DNA of 26,684 nucleotides from Fimbriimonadia bacterium (GTDB taxonomy: Bacteria > Armatimonadota > Fimbriimonadia > Fimbriimonadales > JABRVX01), in the NCBI GenBank assembly GCA_041483895.1, contig JBGPGO010000030.1, positions 1-26,684 on the forward strand, in the 5' to 3' direction. The stretch's first letter is position 1. Each line of letters starts with the position of its first letter. Positions 24,132 to 26,684 of the stretch are shown here, one piece after another. Under the pieces are notes generated by a model that was not told the DNA's origin, did no database searches, and saw only the letters and a list, made by a program, of their open reading frames with translations. The translations under genes were made by a program, and so were the position numbers.

Positions 24132-26684
24132 ATGAATATGGGCCGAGTTTTTACACTTCTGGCTACGGCGCTGGGTGTCGTTGCCTCCAGTTTCGCGCAA
24201 GATATTTGGCCGGTGCCTCGCGGCGACCAACAGCGACCGGGCATTACCATCAACAGCACCAATGGGACTTGGAACAAAGCCGATGGTCCCGAAACCGGCC
24301 GATTGACATGGTATTGGCCGCTCAACAAAGACATCCTGCCGGCGATAACGGTCGACAATATCAGCGACGATTTTTCAATGACCGGGTCGTGGACCTTACC
24401 GCCTGATAATTTAAGATCATCCGGCTATTACGGCCTCGATTATTGGTACACCACCTGCGTCGCAGCCACGGATGTAAGCGATCCGTCGCAAGGCGCCACG
24501 AAGTCGGCCACCTGGGTGCTCCGGCCCACGCACTCAGAGGTCGAAAACTATGAGGTGTTCGTGCAGTTCCCGAGCGGTGGAACGCACACATCGGTCAGCA
24601 CTATCATTCCAAACGCTTTGAACGCCATCTATCGGGTGACATGGACGTCCGGCGGGGTCCCACAATCCGCAATCTACAAGATCCAGCACACGCAAGGCGG
24701 TCAGCTCGTCCGACTCGGCTCCGGCCTTCTGTTCCCGGCATCCAATGGAACACCCATCACGGTAACGCTATTCAACACCGTGGCGCTGTTGCCGGATGGT
24801 TCCGGTCCGGAAGAGGATCCCACGAAGGTGATCGTGACGGCGGATGCGGCTTTCTTGACGCCACCGCCGGCGGTTTCATCGTCATCACCGATCACCATCA
24901 ATGACGCGCAATATGGGAAGCGGTTTTATTATACGCGGGACATCACGTCTACCAATCCGGCGGGTGCGACCGGAACCGCCGGCACCTCCGGCCACCTGAC
25001 CTGCATCGCCCCGCCAGCCAACATCGACGCAACCGCGTTCATGCTGTGGGACTGGACTCCGTCGCAGCTCTCCAACGCGAACACAATCGTCGATGAGGGA
25101 CCGAATTTCAAACACGACGCCGGATTCACGGAGTACTTGGATGTCGGGAGAGACTTCTACGGCGCTCGCAGTTTCCGCGCTCCGGTTACGAGCAGTCCGC
25201 TGACAACGGATTGGAGCAACGCGCGGTGGGAGCCCAAACTGGAGTCGTCCGGCAATTTGGATATCTATGTCTGGTTCCCTTCGTCTGTCACGGGCAACAT
25301 CAATGCGCGGAAAGTTACCTATTACGTGCATTACTACGAAGCCGGTCTGAAAACGGACACGATCATTGTCGACCAGACCAATGGCGGCCGGTGGGCGCGG
25401 ATCGGGAATCGCTCCTATCCCAACGATCCGGACCAAGGCCAGGTATCGCTGGAGGTTGTGAACTTTTCTGACGATCCGGCGGATGCCGGCAGCTTTGTTC
25501 AAGCGGATGCGGCCATGTTCGTCGGCGACTACGACAGCAGCATAACGGTGAGCCCGGCATTTTATCCGGGCATCCGGGTGAAGCTCAAGAACGGCACGAA
25601 CGCGACGAGAGATGTCATCTTCGTGGCCGATCAGGGCGGCCGCGTGTACATGGTGGACGCGAAGGGCGTGCAGAACAGCGGCGATAACTGGCGGACGTTC
25701 GCGTATTGGGCCTACCCGTCGATTCCCAATGTCAACAATGCGAATTGGAAAGATCCGAACGACAAAGCGAATCTCGATCAGGGAATGACGCCTCCGGGCG
25801 CATTTTTGGGAACCACGGTATGCGTTGCAAGTGTGGGCGGAAAAGATGTGGTCTATATCGGCAACACAAATGGCCGAATCTATGCCATCGACTGCACGGG
25901 CCGAGGCGACTATGACGATACGCAAAACCTGGCGGGAACCGCGCAGCGGTTCTGGACTTATCCGGATACCTATCCGGACGTGACGGCGGACAAGCAGATC
26001 ACGTACAACGCGGTCGTCACAGGCGTCCCCGCGTATTACAACAACACGGTTTATTTCCCCACCCTCGAGGGACGCGTTTACGCTCTTTCGGCAGACGGCG
26101 ATGGGGACAAGACCACGACCCCGCGGTGGATTTGGCCGGGCCGAAACCTCGACGGTCTTGCGCCGGAGAACCCGGTTGGTGCAATCCGAGGGCCTGTGAC
26201 TGTCGCAACCGCTTCTGGGGCTCCTATGGTGGTCGTAGGTACCGAACTCTATCAGAAACCGGGCAGTCTCGTCTTTTCCGGATATGTGACGGCGCTCAAT
26301 GCCACCGGCACGGGCAATCATCGCACGGGCGAGATTTGGAGTTGGCCGAAAACCACTGATCCGCCCATTCAAGGTGTATCCTCCAGCGGGCCCGCCTATG
26401 TCCCACAGGTAGATGTGAACAGCGACGGTAATCTGGTCGATCTAATTTCCTTCGGAACCATTGGCGGTACCGTCTATGGCCTCAACGCAAAGACCGGGGC
26501 CAAGGTATGGGCATCACCGGCGTTGGGCAGCACCCTGACAGCGGCGCCCTCTTGGGGAGTCATCAAGTCCAGACCGGGCGACACCCTGCAAGGCCTGCAA
26601 GAATCCTTCCTGTTCCCGACTGCCGGAGGCGAGCTTCTCGGCGTCAGGGCACGGACCTATAGCGCGACCAAGGTGGCGGGGCAG
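24132..26684 (+). CDS. Large secreted PQQ-like beta-propeller protein with two inserted golvesin/Xly-CBD-like beta-sandwich domains, 3' truncated by window (>851 aa)
   Basis: Missing from the ORF track because it runs off the edge. Manual translation from ATG 24132 is open to the end: MNMGRVFTLLATALGVVASSFA|QDIWPVPRGDQQRPG, ITVDN...NYEVFVQFP...VTADAAFL, TIVDE...LDIYVWFP...VDQTNGGRWARIG...VQADAAMF, and propeller blades VIFVADQGGRVYMVD, VVYIGNTNGRIYAID, TVYFPTLEGRVYALS, FGTIGGTVYGLNAKTGAKVW. Confidence 0.78.
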   Translation, partial: MNMGRVFTLLATALGVVASSFAQDIWPVPRGDQQRPGITINSTNGTWNKADGPETGRLTWYWPLNKDILPAITVDNISDDFSMTGSWTLPPDNLRSSGYYGLDYWYTTCVAATDVSDPSQGATKSATWVLRPTHSEVENYEVFVQFPSGGTHTSVSTIIPNALNAIYRVTWTSGGVPQSAIYKIQHTQGGQLVRLGSGLLFPASNGTPITVTLFNTVALLPDGSGPEEDPTKVIVTADAAFLTPPPAVSSSSPITINDAQYGKRFYYTRDITSTNPAGATGTAGTSGHLTCIAPPANIDATAFMLWDWTPSQLSNANTIVDEGPNFKHDAGFTEYLDVGRDFYGARSFRAPVTSSPLTTDWSNARWEPKLESSGNLDIYVWFPSSVTGNINARKVTYYVHYYEAGLKTDTIIVDQTNGGRWARIGNRSYPNDPDQGQVSLEVVNFSDDPADAGSFVQADAAMFVGDYDSSITVSPAFYPGIRVKLKNGTNATRDVIFVADQGGRVYMVDAKGVQNSGDNWRTFAYWAYPSIPNVNNANWKDPNDKANLDQGMTPPGAFLGTTVCVASVGGKDVVYIGNTNGRIYAIDCTGRGDYDDTQNLAGTAQRFWTYPDTYPDVTADKQITYNAVVTGVPAYYNNTVYFPTLEGRVYALSADGDGDKTTTPRWIWPGRNLDGLAPENPVGAIRGPVTVATASGAPMVVVGTELYQKPGSLVFSGYVTALNATGTGNHRTGEIWSWPKTTDPPIQGVSSSGPAYVPQVDVNSDGNLVDLISFGTIGGTVYGLNAKTGAKVWASPALGSTLTAAPSWGVIKSRPGDTLQGLQESFLFPTAGGELLGVRARTYSATKVAGQ

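Noticed and set aside
24885..26372. 495-aa minus-strand ORF, the longest tracked ORF at the right end
   Set aside because: The real gene is the + strand frame from 24132, with signal peptide and propeller blades, omitted from the track because it lacks a stop in the window.
12837..26684. Prophage or contractile injection system
   Set aside because: Only short motif-level resemblances. No sheath, tube, terminase or integrase genes, and the proteins carry prepilin or Sec signals.

Overview
GC-rich bacterial chromosomal region; the protein repertoire resembles Armatimonadota (Fimbriimonadia-like), which is an inference from recognition, not a search result. The left part (1-8.5 kb) is metabolic and transport: glcE-glcF-like glycolate/D-lactate oxidase subunits (glcF runs off the left edge and carries an in-frame insertion of palindromic 51-bp repeats), a DUF2961/GH172 glycoside hydrolase, a YprB-like RNase H-fold exonuclease, an ABC ATPase plus permease, and a class V alanine/serine-glyoxylate aminotransferase. 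The middle (8.5-11.7 kb) holds a membrane-anchored protein with a SecDF-P1-head-like C-terminus and three tandem paralogous exported proteins. The right 14.7 kb is one + strand cluster: four proteins with type IV prepilin-type N-termini (262, ~631, 639 and ~924 aa, the last lacking Glu5 like PilX/GspK), then two very large secreted beta-propeller proteins (1540 aa and >851 aa, the second truncated by the window). This looks like a minor-pilin/PilY1-type tip operon with greatly enlarged subunits, and is the most notable system here. No rRNA, tRNA, CRISPR array or transposase was recognised.
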